A DNA stretch of 64,000 nucleotides from Elusimicrobiota bacterium (GTDB lineage: Bacteria; Elusimicrobiota; Elusimicrobia; 2-02-FULL-39-32). Position numbers and translations under genes: made by a program. The DNA lies in NCBI GenBank assembly GCA_021730935.1, contig JAKFYJ010000010.1, positions 6,500 to 70,499 on the forward strand, written 5' to 3'. Below are positions 12,001 through 27,000 of this stretch, piece after piece (positions within the stretch are counted from its first letter, which is position 1; every line of letters starts with the position of its first letter). Under the pieces are notes generated by a model. That model was not told the origin of the DNA and searched no databases. It saw nothing but the letters and a program-made list of their open reading frames with translations.

Positions 12001-15000
12001 ATCGGCCAGAAAGGCATCGGGACCACCAACTCCACAGACGCGTTCGGCAATGTGACCGCAGGCACCGTCGAGCAGGATTTTGTCCGGACCGAAAACGGCG
12101 AATGGAAAATTTCTTCCAACAGGAGCGTCTCCGAGACCGTCAACCTCGACGGATCAAAACAATCCCAGGACATGACCGTTTCTTATACTTATGATTCCAA
12201 GGGCGAACTGATCGGCGCCCACGGAACAGGCACCACGAAGAGCGACGATTACGGCAACATCACCCTCGGGACCACTGACCAGACTTATGAGATCATCAAC
12301 GGCGAAGCCAGGATGGTCAAATCGATTTCTTCCACAAATTCCAAAAACGCGGATTCAACAACCCAGACTTCGGACATGGTCCTCACCTATTCTTATGATT
12401 CCGACGGACGCCTCACAGGGGCGAGCGGAACAGGCACTTCCCGCTCCGACAGCTACGGCAACATCAGCACGAACGATATCCGGCAGACCTTCATCGTCCT
12501 CAACGGCGAATCCAAGATGCTCGAATCTTCTTCCATCTCCGAAACCATAAACACCGATGGGTCCGGCCAGAACCAGACCATGGTCATCAAATATCAATAT
12601 GACAATGCCGGCATGCTCGTCGCGGCCCAGGGAACGGGTTCTTTCACCAGCCATGACCCGGGCGGAACGGGCAGTGCGAGCCGCTTCGGCGCAACCACTT
12701 CCAAGGGGGAAATAAGCCAAATTTACACCGTGAGAAACGGTCAGGCCAAACTCCTGGTGAGCTCCACAAAAACAGAATCGTCCGGCACAAAATCCGAAAT
12801 CAATGTGGGTTATGAGTATGACGACAACGGCGCTCTCACAGGCGCCTTCGGCACCGGTTTCTCCTATGGCGAGAAATCCGCGAGCTACATCGAACAGACC
12901 TATGTCGTGATCCGGGGCCAGGCCCTCATCAAAACTTCCACCACCAACGGTCTCGAGTTCGGCAACGAATCCACCCTCACAGTCACCTATTCCTATAACT
13001 CCAACGGCCAGCTGACCGGAGCCCACGGCCAGGGCACCATTCCCAACGGCACCATCGAACAGTGGTACGACATCCTCCACGGCCAGGCCAAACTCACCCG
13101 CACCCACACGCACATTCAAGCGTCCGGCGTGGATGAAGCCACGATCAAGGAAGATGTCACTGTCGACGGAAAAACTCGGACTATAGAAAAGGTTGTCCGG
13201 AGCGAATATTCCTATGTGATGGACAAAGACGAGAATTATGGTTATGACGCCGGCGGCAGGATGAACGCATTCGATGAGCATGAAGAAACTCAGATGCACT
13301 CGAGTTCCACAGTGCTGAGTCTCCGAATCCACGAAGAAGGCGGAGGTTCAAACTGGACCATCAATCAGGGCGTGCTTGAAGCAGGCGCCATGCTTGGGGG
13401 AACCTATTTGACCGGCGCGGAAATTGAGGCATACAATCAGAACGCCAGAGATTTCGGCGGGGTTGTTTCAAATATTTCCCTCGACGTAAACCGGCATGTT
13501 AATGTTCAATACAGCACGGACCTTTCCGGAACTGTGTCCGTGACGGCATTGGGAAGCGCCGATTCAACGCAGATTTCCAATTGGATCAACATCGCGAAAA
13601 ATCCCGAAAGCCGAGACGCGCTCAACAACACCGTCACAATGAACTCCAGCCTCGGCCTCGTTTCCATGACCGCCATCATCCGCGGATACCAGGTGAGCGC
13701 GTTCATGGGCTCCAACAGCGGCTCAACCCAGGTCCTGAACTCCTTCACGAACCTCTCAACAGGCCGGAGCTTCACAACAGAGGGCGGCGCCGCGGATGCG
13801 GATGTCGATGCCTTCATGACCGGAATCGGAGGCGTCTCCTCCATCAAAGATTTAAATGCCCTCAACTCTCAGGAGAACCGCGCGAGGGGCTTCATTTCTG
13901 CAACGGCCATGTTTGGAGACTTGAGAGTCACCACCTTGTTAGGTGTCGATTCCAGCGGAGTCAGTGAAGTTCAGAACAGCTTCACAGATCCCAAGACAGG
14001 GCGGACCGTTGGCGCCTCTGCGAATGCCGGCATAAGCGATGTCAACCTTTGGCTCACTCAGTCCAGCAAGGTTTCTTCTCCCGAAGCTCTGGACGCTCTG
14101 AACAGCGCGGACAACCGGGCTCTCGGTTTGAGGAGCATTGATGCCTTCATCTCCGGCGTTCATTATGTTTCGGGCATGGACAGGAACGATCAGGGATCGA
14201 TGGCTCCTGCCACCACCGCCACGGACATTGTGACTGGGAAGAGCGTGACAGTTTCCGGAGGAACTCCTTCCGGAGCCATTTCCTCGTTGCTCACTGGCAT
14301 AAACGCCATCACAAACCCAGCTGACCTGGAAAACTTTTTCAACGCCAATCGCGCGTTGGGCCTGATGTCATTCAACACCGTCATCGGCAACCGCGCTTAT
14401 GGCATGTCCATGGGAGCCAATGCTTCCGGCGCGATCGTTCCCGTCCTGCGCATGACGGACACTCTCACCAACAGGAGCGTCACAGGAACGACAAACGCGT
14501 CTCAGTCTGAATTTGAATCATGGATGGATCAGGCCAACCATTCTTCCGAGAGCAGTTTGGGCTCGCTCAACAGTGAAGATAACCGGGCCAAGGGCCTCTT
14601 ATCCGCCACGATCGTTGTCGGCAACCGCCAGATCTCCGTTTTCACAGGCAGAACAGAATCCAACTCCAGCGAAACTCAAACCAATGTCACCGACCTCAAC
14701 ACAGGCCGGAGCATCACTTTCGGAGGGACCGCATCATCGTCCGATATCTCCTCCTGGCTCAAGACTGCCGACAGCGCGTCTTCCAGAGAGCAGTTGAACG
14801 GACTCAACACCTCCGACAACCGCGACAGGGGTTTCCGCTCCGCCTCCATCACGCTGAACGGCATGCGGATCAGCACGGCATATCAGAGAAACGAAACCAC
14901 TGGGGAAATGGACGTCCAAAATGCGATCGTGGACCTCTATTCCGGCCATTCCATTTCGATTTCTGCCGGCGTGAGCGATAAAACCGTCTCGGCGTTTTTC

Positions 15001-18000
15001 TCAACCCTGAGCGGCACCGAAGATGAAGGATCCTTGACCCGCTTTACTCTCGCCAACTCTGCCAATGGCCTTCTTGGGGCTTCTGCCGTTGTTCAAACCC
15101 GAATCGAAGACAGGGTCCAGACCGCATCTGTGTCCGTTCAGAACACTTCCAGAGGCGTCCGGGTCAGTGGGTCCACTGCTGACGGTCTTTCTTTCACCAG
15201 AAATTTCAGCGTCGGCGCGAACGGAGCCCTTATTAAGCTCGAAGACGAGAACGCGAGCAGGAACGGCCGCTTGGTCGCCCTGTCAGCGGGGTATTATGGA
15301 ACGTCCGGCGGAGAAGCCATCAGCCGCGCAAGATTCGATTTTGCAAATTCATTCTTGGCGGCCGTGGGCGCGATCGGATCCGTTTCCCTTTTCAAGAATG
15401 AAAAAGACAATGAACTCGGCGCCGCGGCCAGGACTGCCAACGGGAACAGTGTTTCCTTCGGGGTGAACGAAGACGGCAACGCGGTCACATCGTTCTATGA
15501 GATCGACATCAACGGCAGGATCGTTGTCCCAGCCGCAAACTCGCCTTTGCGGGGCATTCCCGGCCTTTCAGGGCTCGGAACCCAGTTCGCGGCTCTTCTG
15601 GGCGGAACCCCTGTGACGGCGATCGAGATCGAGAAGCTGAACAAACTCGCGGACTCTGTCGTTGGAGGCAGGATCCTGAGCTTGTCGAAGGACAAAACAG
15701 GCGAGGCCGTCGCAGTCGTTTCAGGATCGAACGGCGGAACCTTTTTCTTCAGCGCCAACGGAAACACGAACGCAGGCATTGACGCCAGCGGTCACGCCAT
15801 GCGCATGCCGGACGGAACTTTCGGAAAATATCAGGGCCTCTCCATCAGCGAAGCAGACGCCAAACTCATGAACGAGATTGTGGATGTCTCCGGAGAACGG
15901 CTCCAAAGTTTTGACACTGTCGTGGACGAAGACCACAGCCGCAGGCTCGTGGGCGTGATCCGCCTCACCCATGCCGCCATTGCCAAACTCCTGCCCGCCT
16001 TCATGCCGTTCCTCCATGATGCCCTGGGCCTTGGAGCGAACGAAACCATTTCCGCCGCGCAGGTTTCTGACGACAGGAAAACAATTTCCATCACCATCTC
16101 GAACAGCGAGACAGGCCAGTCGGAAATCAAGACCTTTGACTCCATGTCCCTCTCGCGGATGCTCTCGTCTCAGGCCTCTGTCGCCCTCACTCTGGTCATC
16201 GTTCAGTCCAACGCTCTTGCCCAAAACGCGCCTGGGACTTCCGGCGCCTTCGCCCAGAACTTGTCCATGGGCCTTGCGAATGCCACACTGATGGTGGGCG
16301 GCGCAGACTCTGTGGCCACAGTTGATCTCATGAGCCAGGGCGTTCAGGTCGGCACTCTTCAAGTCGGGTTTGGCCTTGCCGCTTCCCGTCACGGCGTGAC
16401 CTTGTCCTCAACCTTTGACGCAGGCAACGCCCTGGTCCAGAAGGCCATCTTAAATGATGAGATCGTCATTCCAAGTCCCCGCATCACCGCAGGAACTCCG
16501 CCCCAGCCTCAGCCTGTTTATGCTGAAGACGGCACGCTCCTCGATTCCGCCCCTGCTCCGCCCCGGGCTGTTGAGTTGCCCAATTCCGATGCCGCGGCAC
16601 AGCTCAGATCCGACATCCGCGCAGGAAAGATCATCAAGGGCCAGATCACAAACGGAACCGTCAGAGGCATCGAGAGCCGCGTCGCCTCCTGGGAAGTCCA
16701 GCATTTCGACAAAACCCTCAACAAGAATGTAACCGAAGCCGCCTATACCCGCGGATATTCCGAAGGCAAAGGCAATTTTGCCACTGACCACATCGTTCAC
16801 CAGCGCGATGCCCAGGGACGAGCCAGCGACTTCACCGACAACACCTGGAACGAGCAGAACGGATTTTCATCTGAACACCGCACGAACGCCACCTATGACG
16901 CCCAGGGCAGACTTTATGCCTATCAGTCCGAGAAAACCAGCAACTATGACGACCCCATCACCCGCACAGTTCAGTCTTCGGAATATGACCCCGCCGGAAA
17001 CCTGATCCGCATCACAGGCACCGCGTCCTGGGGCAACGTTTCCGATATCCCCGGCCTGGACTCCGGATACAAAAACGGCCGCAATGTCAGTTTCACCATC
17101 ACTTATGCTTTCAACCTCGGGAACCAAATGGTCGGAACCTCCGCTTCCGTTTCCGGCGGGTCCTATGGCTCAACGCCGTTCGACAACATGGACGGAAAAG
17201 ACAACAAGAATCTGGCCGCGCGCATCCGCTCTTCCGGCGCCACTTTCACATATGAGCAGACCAACATCCAGCGCGACAGATTCGGAAACATCACATCTTA
17301 TGCCTATACTCAAAGCGGCTATGCGCAGGTCGAAAACAAAATCAAGGATGTCCGTTCCGGAGGCTCCGTCACCAGTTCCAACTTCGACGCCTTCGGCCGC
17401 GCCGGAACAACCACCTCAACCACCTGGACCGAATCCATCTCCAAATCTTTCTTCTTCGGCGTCAGAACAACGCGCACAACCTCCTCCAGCGTCTCCACAA
17501 ACCGAAAATATAACGATATCGGCCAGATCCTTTCTGAGAATGTCAGCTATCGTTCAGAAACCAACCGCAGTGTCACCACCGGCTCCAAAGTGGTCCATCA
17601 TCAATACAATTCCAGAGGCCAGTTCCAAAACACTTACGACACCGACAAGTCTGAAAAAACCAAAGCCAGGGGGTTGGGCAAGTTCTTTGATGTGCTGTTG
17701 ACGGTGGCCACTGTCGGAATTTATAAAATTCCCGTGATCGGAAAAATGCTGGTGGAAGTCGGCCTTGCGATTTTATGCGCGGTTTGCCCGATCGCCTGGT
17801 TTTTTATACCTCTCATCATGGGCGCCTATTCATTCATGTCCGCCATGGCCAGCGGAGGCAGTATCCTGAGCGCGCTCAAGTCGGCAGGCATCTCTGCGAT
17901 AACATCCTTTGCCGGCGCGGCGTCTAAATATATTGGCAGTTTAGCGAAGTTCACCGGCACCGTGACCAAATTAATGACGGCCGCCAAGATTGCTTTGCAA

Positions 18001-21000
18001 ACTGCTGTAAATTTCTCCGCAAATCTTGCCGTTGGTTTATTATCAAACAAAAGCCTGGGTCAATCGTTAAAGTTCGCTCTTTTCTCTGCAGTTGCCGTGT
18101 CGGCGCTGAACAGTCTTTCGTCCCTGGGCGGAGTCAAAGGACTTGGATTTTTAAAGAAATTGGAAATCGGTTCCGGGTTCGGCGGGTCCGGCCCGTTGTT
18201 GAGTGGAGCTGAAAAAGCGGCCGCAAAACTTGAGGAAAATCTAGGAAAGCTAATTGTTGAAAGAGCCAAGCAAAGATATCTTCCCCAGGTCCTTGGAGCC
18301 ATCGCGGAACGGCATTTGGGCCAAAATTGGGCGTGGGTCGGTTCCATGTCAGGCATCATCTTCAGCGGGGGCATGCCTTCCAGCCTGGATGTCTCGTTCC
18401 TCTCTTCCATCGCCGCTCCTCTGGAAAACAAAATCTTCGGCTCTTCGGGCATCACCTTCACCCAGACCAGCGACGGAACCTGGATCAAGAACACGGTGAG
18501 AAACAAACGGGACAAAGACGGCAACCCGATCACGGACCAGCAAATCGTGTCCGAAAAAGACATCTCAAAACACGCCGTCAAAATCAATTACAGCGGCAAA
18601 CAAATCGGCGGCGCAAGTTTCCTGCGCACCGTCTTCTCCCAGACCGCCGGCACCATCCTGGCAGCGTTGGGCTCTGTGATTCAAAAACCTCTCGCACACC
18701 TCTTCTCGTTCGTTGGATTGACAGGCGCGGCAGAATTCATCGCGCCCCTCGGCATGACCATAAATGGGCGAACAAAATTGCCTGACGGCATATGGATGAA
18801 TCAGAAAACACACAGGTCATCTGACGGAGAGGGCAACCTGGTTATCAATGAGGGAGGCCGAAATGTTTCCGTGATTCAGGACAACAATCCTCCCATCATG
18901 CAGGACGCTGAAACCTCATCTCCAGGTTTGAAATATGAGGGAAGCGCTCAAATCAACGGCGCCCGCGTTATGGTCTTTACGGACACGAATTCAGGCGAAC
19001 TCAAATTTTACACTCAGAGAGAAGGCTCAAATGTGAGGACGCATTTCCTCTCGGCAATCTCCGAAACCGGCGCAGGGTCCAAATCCCTGATGCTCCAGAA
19101 AGGCGGAGAATCCGCCGTGGCTGTGATCGGCGGGATGCTCTGGCAGATTAAAGTCGGGGACAATGGAGAACTCAACGCTTCTCAATCCGCCGGTTATCCT
19201 GAAGGGTCAATGAGCCTTGGATCCATCGCTCTTCCTGTCGGAGCGCGCGTCTCGAATGTTTCGTTCGGACAGGGCAATCAGATCGTCCTGAACACCGAAA
19301 ATACGGTGTCCTTCAACAGCATGTCTTCCCAACAGCAGGCGGCGCATGTTGAGCATAACGGAATCGTGAAACGCGCTGAAAACACGGGCTCGTCCCAATT
19401 TTTAGTCGGCCAAACCGGGGAATTGATTTCCAATGAGTGCGTCACGCTCACCGGCTCCTCCGACAGGAGCATCGTCTCAGGAACAGTGCTCGGCGGCATG
19501 CCTCTGGCGGACATGAACAAAAAAATTGTCCTCCGCACTCACGCCGGCGGAGCGCAGGAAATTGTGGGCGGAACGCAGTTCTCCTTGTTTGACGGCGACG
19601 CCTCCAAAGAACATGTTGGAGTCCAGATGAAACTTGCCGGCGGAAAGGGCAGCATATATCTCGCTGCGAACCCGGGCGGAGGATTGACCGCGTTCTGGAA
19701 TTCTGATTTCAATTATGAAGTGACAGAAGCCCCGTCGCAGGGCGGGGGAACTTCAACTTCAGGGAAATTGCCGAAAGTCCAAACCACAGGCAAATTGTCC
19801 ATCGGCTCAAAAGCCGGCGTCCAGAATTTCGGCAAAGGTTCCGGAAAGTTTGCGGCCCTCTCATTCGTGAACGGCCAGGCCGCGCTTCAGGGAACAGGGG
19901 CAGTTCTCGAAATGGCCCAATACGCTTCTGTGGGCGCATACCAGGCGAAAAATGAATTGACTCTCACCTTCGGTTCCGGCAACGACATCAGCGTCTCCAA
20001 CCTTCAGAACAATGCCCGCCTTGAAGCTTCTTTCGGGCAAGACCATTTTATTTTCACTCAGGATCAGAAACACGGCAATCTGACTTATCGCGTTTCCTCC
20101 GATTCTGAGCTCACGGGAACGCGGTTCTATTTCGTTCATTCTGTCGCTGAAGCATCATCTGCGGGGTTCAGCGTCACGGAATTTGAGTCTTATTCTAAAA
20201 AAATGTCTTCCGCAGAAACGATTCAGGGGATGACGCTTTATCAGCCCGAAAACGCTGACGGATCAACTTTGGCAAGTTTCCAGATCGGTTTTGAGAGGAA
20301 CGGCAGATCGGGGACCTTCGAGCTCACCTCTGAGAAAACAGCTCTGGGCTTTCAAGGATATTCCCGAAACTTCGATTCTTTTGCCGAAGCGCGGGATTTT
20401 TATGGCGATGACGCAACCGCTCTTGAAGCTCTCAAGGCTGTTCAGTCCAGGCTGGGCAACGATCAGGTCCGATCCGTTTCCACTGCGCTCAGAGTCGGCG
20501 CTGATTCGATTGACTCTGTTTCTGTCCAGAGGATCGCAAAAGTCCAGGGCTCGAATCAGCCGGTTGTCTTCAGCGACACATATGAGCTCGGTAATAAAAA
20601 GTTTGGAAGCGCCGTTGATTATAGGCAGGGATTGAGCGCCGGACTGATTCCAAAAACCGTATTAAACGCTCTCGACAAACTGAGTGACGCGGAAAGAACC
20701 GTCCTTGGGACTCCGATGACCGTAAACTTTGATGAAAATAATGTGGTCACCGGCATCCGTTTCAAAACCGGCTATGTCGAAATCGGAAGCGACCGCTCAT
20801 TCTATACTGGGGCATTCACTGCCTACCAATTTGTTCCTTCCAAATCTGACCCTTCTAAATCTGAAAGCATCAAGGTGCGTATATACAAACCGCTCGAAGT
20901 GGATCTCAAACGAATTTCTGTTGCTGACCTCTCTCAGCTTGGATCGTCATTCAATCTGACTTATGGCCGGAACAATCTTCAAAGCGGGGAACTTTCTGAC

Positions 21001-24000
21001 AATTTCTTTAAAATGGATAACCCTGAATTTCTTCAAAACAAGCCGGTCTTCAAAGGGACCATGGTTAATGACGGAACCACCCTGGAAGGAACCTTCAACG
21101 AAGCTTTAACCATCGTCGGCCCATACACCGCGCGAAACGCAAGGGTTTCCAAAACGGATTTCAGGGCGGACATGATCGTCAATGCGAAAGGCGAGGCGAG
21201 ATATTATCTCTCAGGATCAATCGGCGCCGGATCATCGAAAGCATCTTTCGGCGCACTCAACACTGCGAACGGTCAGCCCATGGCCGTGACCGCGAGCGTG
21301 CAGACTCTTATTCCGGGGAGCCTTGTCCTGGAAGAACACAACACACAGAATGAACAGCCCAAGACACAGAACATTGCCGGAATCATCAATGTAAATCTTG
21401 AATTTAAATCCGGACAGTTTACCTCCCGTTCCGTCGTGGGGCTCAACCTTGAGGAGGCAGGCAAACAACTCGCAGATCATCAGACATTCAGCTTTGCCGG
21501 GATAAACTGGACCTGGAACGCCGCCGATAAAAATGCCACAGGGAATGCGTCACAATTGTTCAGTTCCAACGAAAAAATCAACATCCTCGGGGATAAAACG
21601 ACCGCTCTGGTCAAGTTGGACCAAAATGGATTCAGTCTGGCGAGGAATGTTGACGCAAATCTGAATTCTGATGCCGTAAACTCAAGACAAGGCAATTTTA
21701 GCGGAAACAACACCTCTGGAGCTGTTTTGCAAAAGGGTTTTCAACTTCAGCTGAACAGCGCCGAACATCTCGCTCTTTTTGAAGGCGAAGCCCAGATCAA
21801 ACAAGCTCTTGTCATCAAGCATGAAGCCGGGCAAGGAGGCGGCACAGCGGCCAGCGTCAAGACGAATGCAGTCATTGAATATCTGACGGACGCCAAGAAC
21901 AATGTCGTGGGTTACAAAATCAGCGAAGGACGCCTCTCCATGCGCCAGGGCAAGTGGGCTCCGATCGGCGATGGAACAACCTTCCTCAAAGGGTCCATTC
22001 TCCGCGCCCCGGGCAAGGACGGCGCCGTGCGCGTGGATGTGTTGACCACCGAATCCAAAATCGTCATGGGACAGGGCGGCGAAATCATCCGCCTTGAAGG
22101 GACCGTGAGAGTGAGCGAGGGCTCAAAGATTTCCACACTCGCCGGTTCCGACGTCACGAACGAGCCCGCTTATGCCGGCATCCGGCACACCACAGTGGCT
22201 GGCGCGTCCATCAGCTCTCTCAACCGGATCGTCTCAACCGAGAACGGCCAAAAACCGGTTTCTTCTCTGCGCGCTTTCGACGCCAAGGGAGCGCTCATCG
22301 GGCAGGTTTATATTTCAAATTTCACTTATTCAACCTACAAATATCCAGCGTTCGTCCTCGCGCGAAGCGACGGATCCGCCCATGTCAAAATCAAAGACGG
22401 GAAATGGGAACTTGGAAGGATGTCAACCGGAAAAATTAATCTAACCTCCGGCGACAGAGTGGAATTGAACGGTCATGTTTCACCCGCAAAGAAAACAGTC
22501 TTTACCTTTGCAAAGAATTTGTCATATGAGGCCAAGGAAGCTTTGCAAAATGTTGGAATGGGAGAAGGCACGGACTATTTCAGCTCTGGAGGAGAAAGGA
22601 TTGCTTCTGTTTCTGATTCCGCGGGCAAGAGAACATTGTATGTGTTTAACAGCAAGAGCCTGACCGTTGATTCATTTGTAAGCGATGCCGGGAGTTCATT
22701 CTTTAATGTGAATTCCAAAGGCAAGTTTGTTCGCCAGGTTTCCACTGTGAGCATCGATAAAAATGGCGACATCAAAGAAACAAACACTGACCATGTCACA
22801 CAGAAAGGTTTTTGGGACACGATCACGCGTGTCTCTGGCGGCGGATTTGTTGTGGTTGGCAAAGACGGGACCACGGCAAGATATAACCCCAAAGGCGCCA
22901 TGACCTCTTTAACTCTCGGCGGCAAAAAAATTGATTTGGAAACGCTCAAGACCAGGCAGGAAGAGGGCTCCGCAATTAATCAGAAATCTGATTCAAAGAG
23001 CGTTCCGAAACTTACTGATGCTCAAATTCAGAAAGTTGTTTCAGCCTTCGCAGAGCTTCAGGCCGGACGAGCGCCCTTTGAGGGGCTGGTGGGAAAAGGC
23101 GTTGAAGTCGCAGGTCTGATGAGTTATAGAGACACAAGTTTGGGGCAGGAATTCACCCGTTTCGGATTGATGAGCGAGATAATGCAGGGCGCCGGGAAAT
23201 TTGCCAATGAAATGTTTGGAGACGCGCGAGACGAGAGAAACAATGTTTTTGCCGAATTTGCGGCTTCCAGAAACACACTCGAGATCGGCGGAGTTTTCAA
23301 CGCCATTGCCGTTCAAAGCGCCGCTCAGTCTAAATTTGAAAACGCTCGAAACTCCCTCGGACTCAGCGAAGATCAGATGTCAGCCGTTTTCTCAGACCAC
23401 ATTCAAAAAATATCAACTGCCGATCCCGCGGGCGGAAAAGAGTCTTCCGTTGAGCTCGTGGCGGGGTTTGGCGCCGCTTTCAACTCTCAATTCAAGAACG
23501 CTCTTGTCGGCATCCTGAGCGGTCGGGGCAAAGATTCTGCTGACAAGAAAACCACTTCGATAAGTTTTGACCGATATACTTTGACCCTCGGGAGAAACGA
23601 ACTTGGCCGTTTTGACGGAAAGGTCACTTTGAAATTTGGGAACACGCGGCTGAGCTGGTCCTCAAATGCACTTTCAACTTTTGGAACACATGGAATGAAC
23701 TCACAAGCGTCCATTGAACAAGCGAAAGCCTTTGTTAAAGGCCTTTTCATGGAAGGCGGGGTTTCAGAACTTTTGATGAACACTCCGACAGTGAAATTTG
23801 TCACGCAAACTGCGCAAGGCGAACTGTCCGGCTATCTTGCCGGAGGCAAATGGACTCTTGATTTTCCGTCGATGAAGAAACTGTCGGATTCCGGCATTTT
23901 CAAAGATCTGTCCAAAGGTGACAACAACATATCTGATGTGAGCATCAAATCCTTGAATGAAGCCAACCTCCAGATTTCTGCAGATGGATCAGCACGCGTC

Positions 24001-27000
24001 GTCAGAATGGTCATCACCATGGATGCCGACACAAACAGCGCATTCACTGCCGTGCAGGGGAAAAGCGGGGGCAAGGGGGAGCCTTCCAAGAACGATGTCA
24101 AGGTCACTTCAGTGGCAGGCGATGACAGCCGGATTCATGTCTCCGGAACCATTGACTGGAAACTGGACCGCAACAAAAATAATACTTGGGGCTTCAACCT
24201 CAAGGAAGTTGGAAGCAAGCTGAACCTTTCTGATTCGGGAGCAGCCAAAGCGTTCGGTCAGGAGACGGAAGGATCATATACGGTGGATGGTCAAGGTAAA
24301 CTCAAAGCCGATATCGCTGGAAACCTTGGTTCCGGAATGTATCATCTCCTCCTCGCCATTGTCGTTCCCGCCCCTGTGTCACTTGAAAGACGCAGAGTTG
24401 TGAAGCTTGGCGAAATTGCCTCCGCCGACACCGATCACGCCATCGCAACCCTCATGTCAAAGGCAGAGAGGAATGAGACAAGCAGAAAGGATAATAGAAA
24501 ATCCGACCTTGCATATACTAAGCAATTTTTTGGCCTCGCTACTTCGTCTATTATAGAAGGATTGTACTCCGTTATCCCAAGCCCGATGAGAGGTGTCGAA
24601 ATTAGTTTAAGTTTTGTCGGAATCGTCGCATGGGGAACCGCCTATATCATTACTTCTCCTCTTTATTTGCTTCCATCTTCTATTCAGAATTTCTTGGGGG
24701 TTCGAGAATTCGAAGCACGCCAGGGAATCAGAGGTAATTATCTTTTAGATCATTTCTATGGAAAAGACCATGATCAAGTGACTTGGGCAGAAGCCACATC
24801 AACCTGGCACGCGTTTGCTGGGTTGGCAGTCGTTGCCGCGGCTGGCGCCTTTATATTGGCTCTTGCTCCGGCAATATATGTTTCGAGCGTATTTGGATTA
24901 GTATCCGGCGAAGCCACAATAACTGAAGGAGCAATACAAACCGCAATTAATACACCTGCTCTCTCATCCATCGTTAGAACAGTTTTCTCTGCGGCAGTTT
25001 CCGGACACTCATTGGCAACCTCATTTGATGCCGCGTTCGGCGTCGGCGAGTTTGAAGGCAAGAGAGATTATGGATTGGCCGCGCTTCATCTTGGAATGGC
25101 CCTTGTCCCTTACTTAACTCAAGGGGTCGGATTTTTTGGGGCCAAAGCCGCAGCGTTCGCACGCTTATCAAAAATTCCCACTATATCAGTGACCCGGACT
25201 TCTGCGATGCTTAGATTTAGCATGGCATATGGGACGATCAGTGTTGTTTTAAATCGCGCTCTAAGCGCTATGGAAAAGGACCCTGAAAAGCATCGGGGCC
25301 TTTTCAGGTGGCTCGATCAGCAGGACGCAACTGCTTTTATTGCCGGATCTATAGCCGGAGCCTTTTATGGTGGTATATTCAGCGGTAAAGGCAAAACAGC
25401 TGGGTTTCTTCAGGAACCCCTGAAAAACATCCGCACTCATTTCGGAGTCTCTGCAAAACTGGTCAGTGCTCCTGGAACAGTGACTAAAAAAGATTTACTC
25501 ACAGCAGGCTCAAGCTGGGCATCCACCCTTGTCGGCGCTCTTTATGGCGGCTTAAACTTTGCTCGAATCAATTATTATGGTTTTGGCGATGCCATGACGC
25601 TTCTTCCGGGATATCATCAAGACGCGTCTGGAAAGTGGGGTTTGGCCTGGAACCCTCACATATTGGGCAAAGTTGAGGGACCTGACGGCAAATTGACAGA
25701 TGAGAGAGCGGCAAGCGCTGTTTCAGGGTTCCAAATGGGTCTTGCCTTTGGCTTGGTCGGAGGTTTCCAAGTCACTGCGTTGACCGGAAACACAGTTGCC
25801 GAAGCGGTGGGGATGGGTGACAGCCGCCTTGCAAGATCTCTGATGAACTTCTTGCCAAACTGGGGAATCGGAACCACACTTCATACGGGACATTCCGTTG
25901 CGACGTTTTCTCTGGTCGAAAGCTTTCTCAATGGTTTTACAGCCGCTCTCGATAACATCCCATACTTGCACGAATTTACAGTTCCCGGCACCGAATATAA
26001 GATATCAATCACAAAGATTCTTCAGGAAAATGTCACATTTCTGTCAGCCCTTATTGCCCCTTCCACCAGCGAAGCCACTGCTCGGGCTGTTGTCGCTGAG
26101 CGTGTTAAAAAAGGTGATGTCGCCCTTGAAAATGCAATTAATACACGAAATGCGGAAGGCACTGACTTTCAAATGGTGACCAGAACGAGGCAAGGAGGCG
26201 ATGATCAGCGAATTCGGGTTAAAATCGGCGGCGGCAGAACGGTTGAAGTCAGCCTTGACGCGCACTTGCATCATGAGATTGCCAGCGTCACCGTTGACCG
26301 CGCCGTGGGCGATGTCACAGGTCAGGAACGCGCTCATGGGCTCGTGAACCTGCTTGATGTCTCGCGTTCCCGAACCGAGACTGGCGCTCAAATGACAGAT
26401 GTAGTGAGAACCGAAGTCGTCAGACAGCTCTCTGAAATGCCGGAAGGACGCGCTATTATCGATTCAGTTGACAGCATTAAAACGATGACTCCCGAACACA
26501 AAAAAAGCGTAATTGATGCGCTTGATAGTTATGCCAGATATGTGACGAATGAAAAGCTCGGCGTTCCTTCCGTAATCCAAACACGAAACGAAATGGAAAT
26601 TAAAAGAAAGCTTGAAGGCACAGGAATTACCTTCGAAGACTTGGCTCAACCTAATCTTCGAAGCTCTCTGGATGGCCGAGTCAGAATGGGGCAAATCCTA
26701 AAGTTTGCGTTGCTAAGTGACAAACAACAACAGTTCCTTGCGCTTCCAGAGCCGGGGCAAAGGAATGTTCATGATGCGGTCAAGTTGCTGGATGTCCTTG
26801 AAAAAAATAAAAAGATTGGGACCGGCGCAGGGCACTTTGAGAAAGCCATTGTCCAGGATATCGACAAACTGCTCAGAGGGACAGGATTTAATCAGGCCGA
26901 CCTCGGCATCATTAAGACGGCTTCTGGATTCGATAAGGAACACGCTCTCTCCTCCGGTCTAAACGATATTTTAAGAGGCGGATTTGAAGGTCTGATGGAC

